Assembly (NCBI GenBank): GCA_037137395.1
Contig: JBAXKK010000025.1
Span: 1 to 28,872, forward strand
Direction: 5' to 3'
DNA length: 28,872 nt
Origin: Elusimicrobiota bacterium
GTDB taxonomy: Bacteria > Elusimicrobiota > Elusimicrobia > Elusimicrobiales > UBA9959
A program made the position numbers and the translations under genes. Below are positions 20,196 to 27,886 of the stretch, in pieces (positions within the stretch are counted from its first letter, which is position 1; every line of letters begins with the position of its first letter). The notes under the pieces are model-generated. The model made no database searches and had not been told where the DNA came from. It worked only from the letters and a program-made list of their open reading frames with translations.

Positions 20196-20271
20196 ATTTA
20201 AAAGTCCCTTCTGTAATTGTTGACAATAAATCCGAAGTCTGGTTTCCCCGCGCGCCACTTGTTACTAGTTA

Positions 20272-21714
20272 TTAAAATCTCAATAGTCCGGCGTCCTTGA
20301 GCAGCTTGGCCGAGAATTCCAGATCTATCTTGCGGCCGCCAAAAAGCGAGCTCGTGTAAACCCTTTCAAAATTTAGTTTATCCGTTACCGTGTCCATGGT
20401 TTCGTCAAGCCGCGAGGCAAAATCACCCTTGCTCACGATTTTACCATCGTCAAAAACCACGTAGTCGGCGGCCTGTATCCAGGTTCCGTCGCTGTAGGTA
20501 TTCTTGACCACGGTATTAAACACGTCCTCCCCGGCGGGAAAAAGGGTAATTCCGGCCGGCGCGGAGCCTCCCAGGAATGACATCTCTCCGGACTGAATAG
20601 CGTTGTCGGAGTTTAAATCGGTGTAAGACCATAGGTTCTTGCCCAAGCCTCCGTTATCACCGGCCTCGGCAGGCCCTGCCGCGTAAACCGCGTATTTGGG
20701 AAAGAAATGCGTCCACACGGAAGGATTGGAGGCGTTATCCGCTACCATCTTTCCTCCGGAGGCATCCTCCGTAACCTTATCAATAGTGTTGGACATGACG
20801 CTGTTCATAGCGGTGAGCGTCCACTCCGGCGCGACGGAGCCGGTGGCACTGGTCATGTTGCTGGTGGCAAACGTCAAATCGTCAGGAAGAGCTTTATCGA
20901 AAGTAAACAGTATTTTCCCGAAATCGAACCGGTCCGCGCGCGTATTTAGAACAACATACTTGAACTGATCGGCCGCCGGGCGGATGACATACTCTTCCAT
21001 GCGCACGCGATTGCCGAAGGCATCTATCGCCACTTTACGGTTCTGGTATTCTGAGGACTGTATTTCCTGCTGGGCCCTGGAGATAACGTCCTCTTTGGAA
21101 ATTTCGCCGTAGATCTCCTTCCTGGCAAGCGTAACGGGATCACCTATTAAGGAATCCATATTGGAGGGCGAACCCGAGTGCCCTCTGGGAGAGCCTACGG
21201 TCCCGCCGCGCGGAATCTCGCTAAATTCTCCTTGGCGCACAAGTATTGTGCGGCCCTGGGCGTCACCGGCAAGAACCGTGCCTTCGTACACCTCTACGCG
21301 GGTATTGCCGCCCTCATCGGAATAAACCAAGAAATCCGTGCCGCGCACGGCGCAGACCGCTGAAGGAGTGCGCACTTCAAATTTGCGCGATAATTTCTTA
21401 ACCCAGGATCTGACTCGGCCAAAGTAAAGGCCCAGCGAAACAACATCTTTGTTTTCGGCGCTCATTTTAAAAGCTGTGACCGGCGCCAGTTTTATCCTGG
21501 AACCGTCTTCCATATAAACCTCGGCGGTGGAGGCGCGCGCGGTGCGGATTTCATCGCCCTCGTTTAACGCAATTTTTTTCTCTTCACTTAGCCTGACCCA
21601 TTCGGCGGTCCCGGTCTTTTTCAGGCTTACCTCCCCCCGGTAATCGGAAAGATACGCCGCCGAAGAAAGGCCGGAAAAAACAGCAACCGCTAACAAGGAC
21701 AATATATATCTCAT
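20272..21714 (-). CDS. Secreted FecR-domain protein with an unknown C-terminal domain
   Basis: Signal peptide, then GDEIRT...DGSRIKL...FEVRTPSAVCAVRGTDFLV...TRVEVYEGTV (FecR domain); SD AGAGG. Confidence 0.88.
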   Translation of the reverse strand: MRYILSLLAVAVFSGLSSAAYLSDYRGEVSLKKTGTAEWVRLSEEKKIALNEGDEIRTARASTAEVYMEDGSRIKLAPVTAFKMSAENKDVVSLGLYFGRVRSWVKKLSRKFEVRTPSAVCAVRGTDFLVYSDEGGNTRVEVYEGTVLAGDAQGRTILVRQGEFSEIPRGGTVGSPRGHSGSPSNMDSLIGDPVTLARKEIYGEISKEDVISRAQQEIQSSEYQNRKVAIDAFGNRVRMEEYVIRPAADQFKYVVLNTRADRFDFGKILFTFDKALPDDLTFATSNMTSATGSVAPEWTLTAMNSVMSNTIDKVTEDASGGKMVADNASNPSVWTHFFPKYAVYAAGPAEAGDNGGLGKNLWSYTDLNSDNAIQSGEMSFLGGSAPAGITLFPAGEDVFNTVVKNTYSDGTWIQAADYVVFDDGKIVSKGDFASRLDETMDTVTDKLNFERVYTSSLFGGRKIDLEFSAKLLKDAGLLRF

Positions 21715-21866
21715 AATTTTAAAACCTCTTTAACTTCACCGCACACAGCTAACAGAAGGCACCACGCCGTCCGCAGAATATTCATCGGGGCAATTGCCTG
21801 AGTTTAAACTCCGGTAATTTACGATTGTGTTTTTAAACTCAACTCATATCCCTAATCCCTATCAGT

Positions 21867-21895
21867 ATTATAGGCATCCGTTTCCAGCATGTCAA
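21867..21895 (-). promoter_or_regulatory. Perfect-consensus sigma70 promoter for the FecR/barrel/giant protein/PorV cassette
   Basis: Minus strand TTGACA (21895-21890), 17 bp (tgctggaaacggatgcc), TATAAT (21872-21867). Confidence 0.85.
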
Positions 21896-22078
21896 CCAAT
21901 CCGATATTACTGTGACTTACGATACATATTAGCCGCGCTTATTTAGACATGTTTTCTCGGCAGTCTTTGATGAACCATTTTTATCATAAACAACACCGCG
22001 CGTTGGCGCGTTTAGGCCCTAAAAACAGTTACAGGTCCGTGTAGTGCCTGCCGGTTTAATTATGCGGCAATCGTTTTA

Positions 22079-22087
22079 TGCTAAAAT
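22079..22087 (+). promoter_or_regulatory. Extended -10 (TGcTAAAAT) upstream of the polyprenyl synthetase gene
   Basis: 12 nt before the ATG; no SD visible. Confidence 0.45.
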
Positions 22088-22099
22088 ATTTTTTATCCC

Positions 22100-23062
22100 A
22101 TGAATAAGACCCTTTCCATTGACGATTCTCTAAGCCACATAAATCTGGAAATTAATTCGCTGCTGGACCGCGTGGACAAGGCGATATATGACCGCAGCAG
22201 GAACGACTTCAATTTTATGGGCAAGGCCGTCAGGTCGCGCTTCACGCTACTGCTCGGAGACGCGCTCGGCCTTCCGCGTGCCGCGGCCGAACGAATAAGC
22301 GCCGCGGCTGAGCTTATCCACACAGCCTCACTTATGCACGACGACTGCGTAGACAGGTCGGCTCTCAGGCGCGGCCTGCCCACGCTGAACGAAAAGCTGG
22401 GTGTAAATACGGCCATACTGATTGGGGACCTGGTTGCATCATTCGCTTTTGATTACGCTATTAATATCACACCCGAAACACCCGGCGAACTTGTAAGGAC
22501 CGTGCGCAGGATGACTGAAGGCGCTCTCCTTGAAGAAAACCTCCGCTACAATAAGATTTCGTCCGAACAGGCGGAACGCATCTTACAGCTTAAAACCGGA
22601 GAACTCTTCCGCTGGTGCGCCACAACCGCGGCATGCGGGGCGAAAAGGCCGGAGTTGCGCGACGCCTGCGAGACTATAGGCAGGGAAACCGGAGTAGTCT
22701 TCCAGATTGTGGACGACATTCTGGACTTTGAAGGCGAAACCGGACTGACCGGCAAGGACGCGTTGAAGGATATCACGGAGGGCCGCACCACCCTCCCCCT
22801 GATACTGGCCATAAACGATCCCCGCTTCTGCGAAGAAATAGAAAAAAATCTGGTATCCTTAAAAACCGGAGAGAACAGAGACCTGGCTCCCGCGCTCCGC
22901 ATAGCGGCCATCATAAGGGAGAATGGATTCACCGATACTGCCCGGGCTCTGGCCGCGGCAAAAATTATCGGCCTTGAAGCGGAGATCGCGCGCCTGCCCG
23001 AACGAAAAGCGGCCGGCGCCTTCAGGGATTACATTTCTGCCTTATCAACGCGGACGAAGTAA
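22100..23062 (+). CDS. Polyprenyl diphosphate synthase (IspB/HepT-like)
   Basis: ELIHTASLMHDDCVD..RRG.PT (FARM), KTGELF, FQIVDDILD (SARM), GKDALKDITEGRTTLP. Confidence 0.93.
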   Translation: MNKTLSIDDSLSHINLEINSLLDRVDKAIYDRSRNDFNFMGKAVRSRFTLLLGDALGLPRAAAERISAAAELIHTASLMHDDCVDRSALRRGLPTLNEKLGVNTAILIGDLVASFAFDYAINITPETPGELVRTVRRMTEGALLEENLRYNKISSEQAERILQLKTGELFRWCATTAACGAKRPELRDACETIGRETGVVFQIVDDILDFEGETGLTGKDALKDITEGRTTLPLILAINDPRFCEEIEKNLVSLKTGENRDLAPALRIAAIIRENGFTDTARALAAAKIIGLEAEIARLPERKAAGAFRDYISALSTRTK

Positions 23063-23080
23063 AAGCAACGCATCTGGAGG

Positions 23081-23159
23081 TAAAGCAGTTTAGATGTAAA
23101 GCAATTTAGCTAAATTGCCGTATTGCTATGCATCTAAATTGCCAGACTGCTTTGCATCT
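23081..23159. repeat. Second copy of the 16-bp repeat family, arranged as inverted arms around a perfect 18-bp palindrome
   Basis: Reverse complement of 23081-23109 matches positions 5-33 at 28/29; gcaatttagctaaattgc (23101-23118) is self-complementary. Confidence 0.9.
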
Positions 23160-23173
23160 TTCCATATTGTGTT

Positions 23174-24016
23174 ATGAATAAAACTTTCACCGTCCTTAGG
23201 GCTTATTCCTGGCCGGCCTCAGTAGTGCCGGTGATATTAGGATCGGTTGTCGCGCATAACGCCGGCGCTTTTTCCGCGGCGGACTTCATCCTGACGCTGC
23301 TGGCCGCTGTTTTTGTCCACTCCGGAGCTAATCTCGCCAACACATATTTTGACTTCAAGAACGGAGTGGATAAACCGGGCCTTTCGGATGATCGCGCGCT
23401 GGTAGACGGATTGATCACCCCGGCCACGACACTGCGGCTTACGGCAGTTTTTTTCACTGCCGGAGCGGCTATAGGCGTATATCTTTCCGTTAAACACCGC
23501 CTCCCGCTCATGTTCGCTCTGGGCGCGGCCGGCTTTCTGCTGGCCTGGTTCTATACGGCCGGCGGCGTAAACTATAAATACAGGGCGATAGGCGACCTGG
23601 GAATATTTATCGCTTTTGGTCCGCTTATAGTAACCGGCACAGCGCTCATCCAGACTGGGAGGATTCTCCCTGAGGCCCTTTGGGCATCTGCGCCGGTTGG
23701 ATTTTTGATAACGGCCATACTTCACGCGAACAATATGCGCGATATTAATTCGGACTTGGCCTCCGGAATAAAGACACTTGCGGGTCTGCTGGGGTCTGAA
23801 AGGTCCAGAATTTTTTATCGGGCTCTCTTATTCACTCCCTACGCCTTCGCCATAATCCTCGGTCTCTGGCCCATTGTCTTCGTCGCTATCTCGCTCCCTC
23901 TTGCCCTCAAACTGGAAGCAATGTCCGCCGGCGGGGACTTCCGCCCTCTGGTCAGAGAAACCGCTAAATTCGTGACTGTTTTCGGCCTGCTTTTCTCCAT
24001 CGGCCTCTGGATTTGA
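23174..24016 (+). CDS. menA: 1,4-dihydroxy-2-naphthoate prenyltransferase (UbiA family)
   Basis: LRAYSWPASVVPV, ANLANTYFDFKNGVD, YKYRAIGDL, ILHANNMRDINSD..GIKTLA; polytopic; adjacent to the polyprenyl synthase. Confidence 0.85.
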   Translation: MNKTFTVLRAYSWPASVVPVILGSVVAHNAGAFSAADFILTLLAAVFVHSGANLANTYFDFKNGVDKPGLSDDRALVDGLITPATTLRLTAVFFTAGAAIGVYLSVKHRLPLMFALGAAGFLLAWFYTAGGVNYKYRAIGDLGIFIAFGPLIVTGTALIQTGRILPEALWASAPVGFLITAILHANNMRDINSDLASGIKTLAGLLGSERSRIFYRALLFTPYAFAIILGLWPIVFVAISLPLALKLEAMSAGGDFRPLVRETAKFVTVFGLLFSIGLWI

Positions 24017-24089
24017 CCGGTATTATTTGGTTTACGGCTTTTTTTTTTATAGAGTATTATGTACACAAATGCTGTTTGGAGGATTAAAG

Positions 24090-24632
24090 ATGAAGATAAA
24101 TATTTTCCTGGTAAGCCTGCTTTCCATTTTTATGGCGCTGTCCGCGGTTTCCTGCAACAAGAAAAACATTAAAAATCCCGGCAATAAAACCGATATGATT
24201 ACCGATTTCGCCGCCAACCCGGCTCTGGATATACAGGAGAGCACCAATACAATGAGCACGGAGGGCAATATCCGGGGCGGGGAGTTCGTTTACCAGGAAA
24301 CAATACAACCCATATATTTCGAGTTTGACATGTACGGCCTTTCGGATGAGGCGCGAAAAACTCTGCAGAAAAACGCCGACGTCCTGAAAGCCAGAAAGGA
24401 TTGGACCGTTCTGGTGGAAGGATACTGCGACCTCCGCGGAACCGTAGGATACAATCTGGCCCTGGGCCAGAAACGGGCCAAGGAAGTCAGGGATTATTAC
24501 ACCCGCCTCGGAGTGCCGGAATCATCCATAGGAACTATTTCATACGGCAAGGAAAAACCGTCCTGCGTGGAAGAAACCGACGCTTGCTGGTCGAAAAACA
24601 GAAAATCAGAAACCAAGGTGAAATCTAAATAA
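24090..24632 (+). CDS. pal: Peptidoglycan-associated lipoprotein Pal (OmpA-C domain)
   Basis: Start moved to ATG 24090 (SD GGAGGA); lipobox LSAVSC; IYFEFD, VEGYCDLRGTVGYNLALGQKRA, ISYGKEKP, WSKNR. Confidence 0.92.
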   Translation: MKINIFLVSLLSIFMALSAVSCNKKNIKNPGNKTDMITDFAANPALDIQESTNTMSTEGNIRGGEFVYQETIQPIYFEFDMYGLSDEARKTLQKNADVLKARKDWTVLVEGYCDLRGTVGYNLALGQKRAKEVRDYYTRLGVPESSIGTISYGKEKPSCVEETDACWSKNRKSETKVKSK

Positions 24633-24633
24633 T

Positions 24634-25377
24634 ATGAAGATTTTTTTAAAAACCGCAGCAGTCCTGTTCGCGCTCACCCCGCTCTGGGGCTGCGTGGCGA
24701 CACAGCAGGACATGCTCCAGATGCAGAGCCAGATGGACGACCTGAACACTAACATAAACAACATGCAGAAGAACCAGGCCGACCTGGCGCTGAAAATAGA
24801 CTCTCTCTCCACCAACCTCAATGTTTTCTCCGAAAACCTTAAGGATATAATCTCTCAAATGGCCCGCCTTTCAGACCGCCTCGACGAACTGGACGCTATG
24901 ATGAATAAGCGCGTTAACGCCATAGGCGCCACCATTAAAAAACAGCAGGAGGATATGGAATCGGCTCTTTTGCCCGCCAAGATTTACAACGACGCCTACA
25001 ACTCTTTCCTAAACAACAACTTTGACGGAGCCTCAGCCGGCTTCAAGGCCTACCTGGCCAAGTTTCCCGCGGGGGAACTGGCAGAGAACGCCTATTTCTA
25101 TCTAGGCGAATCGCTTTATCTGAAGGAAAAATGGCAGGATGCAGCCCTCAGCTACGCCACCATCCTGGACAAATTCCCCAAGTCGCCGAGGATACCGGCG
25201 GCCAGACTTAAGTACGCCCTGTCCATCCTTAAATTTCCAGAGGACAAAAAGGCTGAATCCCTGAAGTATCTGGAATCCATCACCCGGGACTACCCCAAAT
25301 CGCAGGAAGCCGGCACGGCCAGGACGTATATCGCAAAACTGCGCCAGCCTAAAGCAAAGATAGAAAAGACCAAGTAG
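24634..25377 (+). CDS. cpoB: Tol-Pal protein CpoB/YbgF (coiled coil + TPR), predicted lipoprotein
   Basis: Lipobox LWGC; long coiled coil; TPRs (F..YLAKFP..ELAENAYFYLGE, KFPKSPRIPAARLK); 1 nt after pal. Confidence 0.85.
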   Translation: MKIFLKTAAVLFALTPLWGCVATQQDMLQMQSQMDDLNTNINNMQKNQADLALKIDSLSTNLNVFSENLKDIISQMARLSDRLDELDAMMNKRVNAIGATIKKQQEDMESALLPAKIYNDAYNSFLNNNFDGASAGFKAYLAKFPAGELAENAYFYLGESLYLKEKWQDAALSYATILDKFPKSPRIPAARLKYALSILKFPEDKKAESLKYLESITRDYPKSQEAGTARTYIAKLRQPKAKIEKTK

Positions 25378-25387
25378 ACCGCCTCAG

Positions 25388-26680
25388 ATGAAAAGAGTTT
25401 TCGCAATCGTTATTCTTGGCCTAGCCTTGGTTCAGGGCGCGCTGGCGCAGACCGATGTATACATAGGCGTCTCGGCCGGCAAAGAATACAATAGAACCGC
25501 GCTGGCCATGGCCAAGTTCCTTCCGGCCAGGCCAGACAATCCCAAAGATCTGGAGCTCGCAGAACAGTTTCGCGACATTATCCGCGCGGATCTGATGTTT
25601 TCCCGCTATTTCGAAGTCAAGGAAGAGCCTTTTAGCCCCGCCAACCTCTCTAATGATCCGGACTCGCTGAACTTTTGGAAGACATTAGGCGCGGGCTGGC
25701 TGGTGAGCGGCAAAGCCTCCCAGAACGAAAAGGTCTGGACTTTCACAGCACGCCTGCATGATCTGGAAAGCGGCGGTATCCTCCTGGAAAAATTCTATCA
25801 GGGTGAGCCGCGGGCCATGCGCCGGGCCGCGCATCTTTTCTCAGATGACGTCATACTAAGGGTTACCGGCAGGAAAGGCCTTGCCCACTCAAAAATAGCT
25901 TTTTCCAATAACTCCACCGGCTCAAAGGAGATCTACGCCGTAGATTATGACGGCGAGAACCTTGTCAAATTCACCAACGACCGCTCAATAGCCCTCCTGC
26001 CGAGGTGGTCGCAGGACGCCATGAGGATCTACTACACCACCTACCGCCACGGCAACCCGGATATGTTTGAGATAGATTTGAAAGCCGGCAAGATACGCCC
26101 CTTCGCCACTTTCCAGGGCCTCAACATCCCAGGAGGCTTCTCCCCCGACGGCCGGACCATGGTAATGACCCTTTCAAGGGGCGACGACCCTAATATCTAC
26201 AGCCTTAATATCGTAACGCGGGAATTGAAGAAGTTGCTGAGCCGATTTGGAGTCAGTTCCTCCCCGACCTACGCCCCTGACGGGAAACAGATAGCTTTTG
26301 TTTCCGACCGCGCCGGCAATCCGCAGATATTTGTAATGGATCTGGAAACCGACAAGATGCGCAAGCTCACGCGCATGAACTGGTGCGATTCACCTAACTG
26401 GTCTCCGACCGGAGAGTGGATAGTTTTCTCCGGCCGGGAAACCGTAAAAGAAAAATTAAATATTTTTCTCACGGATCTGACCGGAAGCCAGATCCGCCGC
26501 CTCACAAATAACAGCGGCGATAACGAAGACCCGTCCTGGTCTCCGGACGGAAGATTTATAGCCTTCACTTCCAGCAGACGCGGACGCAGGGAATTATACA
26601 TTATGGACGCGGACGGCTCCGCCCCCCATCCCCTGACCGATCTTGAGGGCCAGACCAACACGCCCAATTGGAGCCCCTAA
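25388..26680 (+). CDS. tolB: Tol-Pal beta-propeller protein TolB
   Basis: Signal peptide, TolB-N (IIRADLMFS..F, RRAAHLFSD), PD40 repeats (FSPDG, YAPDGKQIAFVSDRAGNPQIF, WSPDGRFIAF), ends PNWSP. Confidence 0.93.
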   Translation: MKRVFAIVILGLALVQGALAQTDVYIGVSAGKEYNRTALAMAKFLPARPDNPKDLELAEQFRDIIRADLMFSRYFEVKEEPFSPANLSNDPDSLNFWKTLGAGWLVSGKASQNEKVWTFTARLHDLESGGILLEKFYQGEPRAMRRAAHLFSDDVILRVTGRKGLAHSKIAFSNNSTGSKEIYAVDYDGENLVKFTNDRSIALLPRWSQDAMRIYYTTYRHGNPDMFEIDLKAGKIRPFATFQGLNIPGGFSPDGRTMVMTLSRGDDPNIYSLNIVTRELKKLLSRFGVSSSPTYAPDGKQIAFVSDRAGNPQIFVMDLETDKMRKLTRMNWCDSPNWSPTGEWIVFSGRETVKEKLNIFLTDLTGSQIRRLTNNSGDNEDPSWSPDGRFIAFTSSRRGRRELYIMDADGSAPHPLTDLEGQTNTPNWSP

Positions 26681-26717
26681 TTTCCACGGCATATAGATTC
26701 AACAGGAGTATAAGATT

Positions 26718-27065
26718 GTGACTTTAACTAAAAACAGATGCAAATATACAGGCTTACTGGTTTTATGTGTATCAGTATTGTTAGCCAGTATCTTATGGGG
26801 TGAAAACACAAAAAGGCATAACTACAAACCGAAACAGGGATATGTGCCGAACGCAGAGACAGCTATTGCCATAGCAGTCGCCGTCTGGATCCCGATTTAT
26901 GGAAAAGATACAATCGAAAAAGAAAAGCCGTATCAAGCAGTCCTGAAGAAAGATGTGTGGCTGATTTCAGGTTCCCTCCCCGAAAAAAATATGATAGGCG
27001 GAGTTGCAGAGGCTGAAATTTCCAAAGAGAATGGCCGCATCCTAAGGATTAGCCATGGTAAATAA
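26718..27065 (+). CDS. YbbC/YhhH-like NTF2-fold immunity protein with N-terminal signal/TM
   Basis: GYVPNAETAIAIAVAVWIPIYGKDTIEKEKPY...VWLISGSLP...GGVAEAEISKENGRILRISHGK; SD AGGAG. Confidence 0.82.
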   Translation: MTLTKNRCKYTGLLVLCVSVLLASILWGENTKRHNYKPKQGYVPNAETAIAIAVAVWIPIYGKDTIEKEKPYQAVLKKDVWLISGSLPEKNMIGGVAEAEISKENGRILRISHGK

Positions 27066-27120
27066 CAGGGGAAGAAACCGCAATATCGAGGAAAACCATT
27101 AAATACTTATTTAGGTTCTA

Positions 27121-27160
27121 ACATTCGAGACCTGTCCGCTACCGACGGGTGGGTCAATGT
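27121..27160 (+). other. Stem-loop with G-U pairs on the + strand
   Basis: gacctgtccg-ctaccga-cgggtgggtc (27129-27155), extended by acatt/aatgt. Confidence 0.5.
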
Positions 27161-27215
27161 GATGTGTCATCAGGGCAGGGCCCATGTATTTATTTTTTAG
27201 AAAGCTGTAAGGGAC

Positions 27216-27332
27216 GTGCCGGCGGGTATCGTTGGCGGGGTGGCGATGGGTAGCCTTTTTATCCCGCAGGCTTCCGAGGGAAGCAAAAAGGTCTACCCAT
27301 TGACAGGACCCCGGACTGGCAGCCGCCGGCAT
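27216..27332 (+). other. ~117-nt long imperfect hairpin (REP/MITE-like element or unclassified ncRNA)
   Basis: Nested stems tgccggcgg/ccgccggca, cggggt/accccg, atgggtagccttttt/aaaaaggtctacccat, gcttcc/ggaagc. Confidence 0.65.
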
Positions 27333-27346
27333 ACATTATTCTGAGA

Positions 27347-27844
27347 CTAGCCGAAGATGTTTTTTATGATGTTGATTAGGCGGCCGAGGAGACCGGCTTT
27401 TAAGGGATCTTTTGCGGACCTGAGTCGGAAGGTTTTGGAATCTTTAATAACACGCCCCACTTCGGAGTCAAAGAAAGAGAAGAAATCTGCACCGAGGCGC
27501 TTGCGGCGCTCGGAAAGAACGCTGGAACTGATAACATCCTCCACGGCAAAATATTCGGCTCCGCAGAAGGCCTGTATATAGGGGTTCTCCATGAATTCCT
27601 GCACCGCTTCCTCGTCAGAAAGATTCTTGATCAGCTTAACTGTCAGGAGCCCAGTTATCAGGCGGGAATCCTTGGCCGGGCGGCCGTAGCCCTTAGCGAA
27701 ATACTTACCATAAAGTTCATCCAGTTTTTCCCAAGGCATGGCTTCGCCAAGCTTGAGCCAGCGGTTGGAGTCATCCAACCTTCCCCCAAGGTGAAAAAGC
27801 TTGGGAAAAAGCATCGGGTTATTGTTTTTTTCAGAGCGGTACAT
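27347..27844 (-). CDS. Stand-alone IS5-family transposase N-terminal domain (DUF772/InsH-N-like), no DDE domain, with a C-terminal amphipathic helix
   Basis: GGRLDDSNRWLKL...PWE...Y...GRPAK..RL..G.L..K....LSDEE.V....ENPYIQ.FCG...SS.L...RKRLG; intact SD AAGGT; ends GLLGRLINIIKNIFG. Confidence 0.85.
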   Translation of the reverse strand: MYRSEKNNNPMLFPKLFHLGGRLDDSNRWLKLGEAMPWEKLDELYGKYFAKGYGRPAKDSRLITGLLTVKLIKNLSDEEAVQEFMENPYIQAFCGAEYFAVEDVISSSVLSERRKRLGADFFSFFDSEVGRVIKDSKTFRLRSAKDPLKAGLLGRLINIIKNIFG

Positions 27845-27886
27845 GAAGAATTACCTTATCGAAATAAAATCTATTGCCACACTCAT

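Noticed and set aside
24027..24089. Longer pal start at 24027 (and longer barrel start at 20258)
   Set aside because: Downstream ATGs have clear SDs and give proper signal peptides
27216..27332. Canonical SRP (4.5S, ffs) RNA
   Set aside because: 11 rather than 10 nt between CAGG and AGCA, no GNRA loop in register, and no closing stem below the symmetric loop; kept only as an unclassified structure
27111..27332. 73-aa ORF as a frameshifted transposase C-terminus
   Set aside because: No DDE-domain motifs; it coincides with the palindromic element
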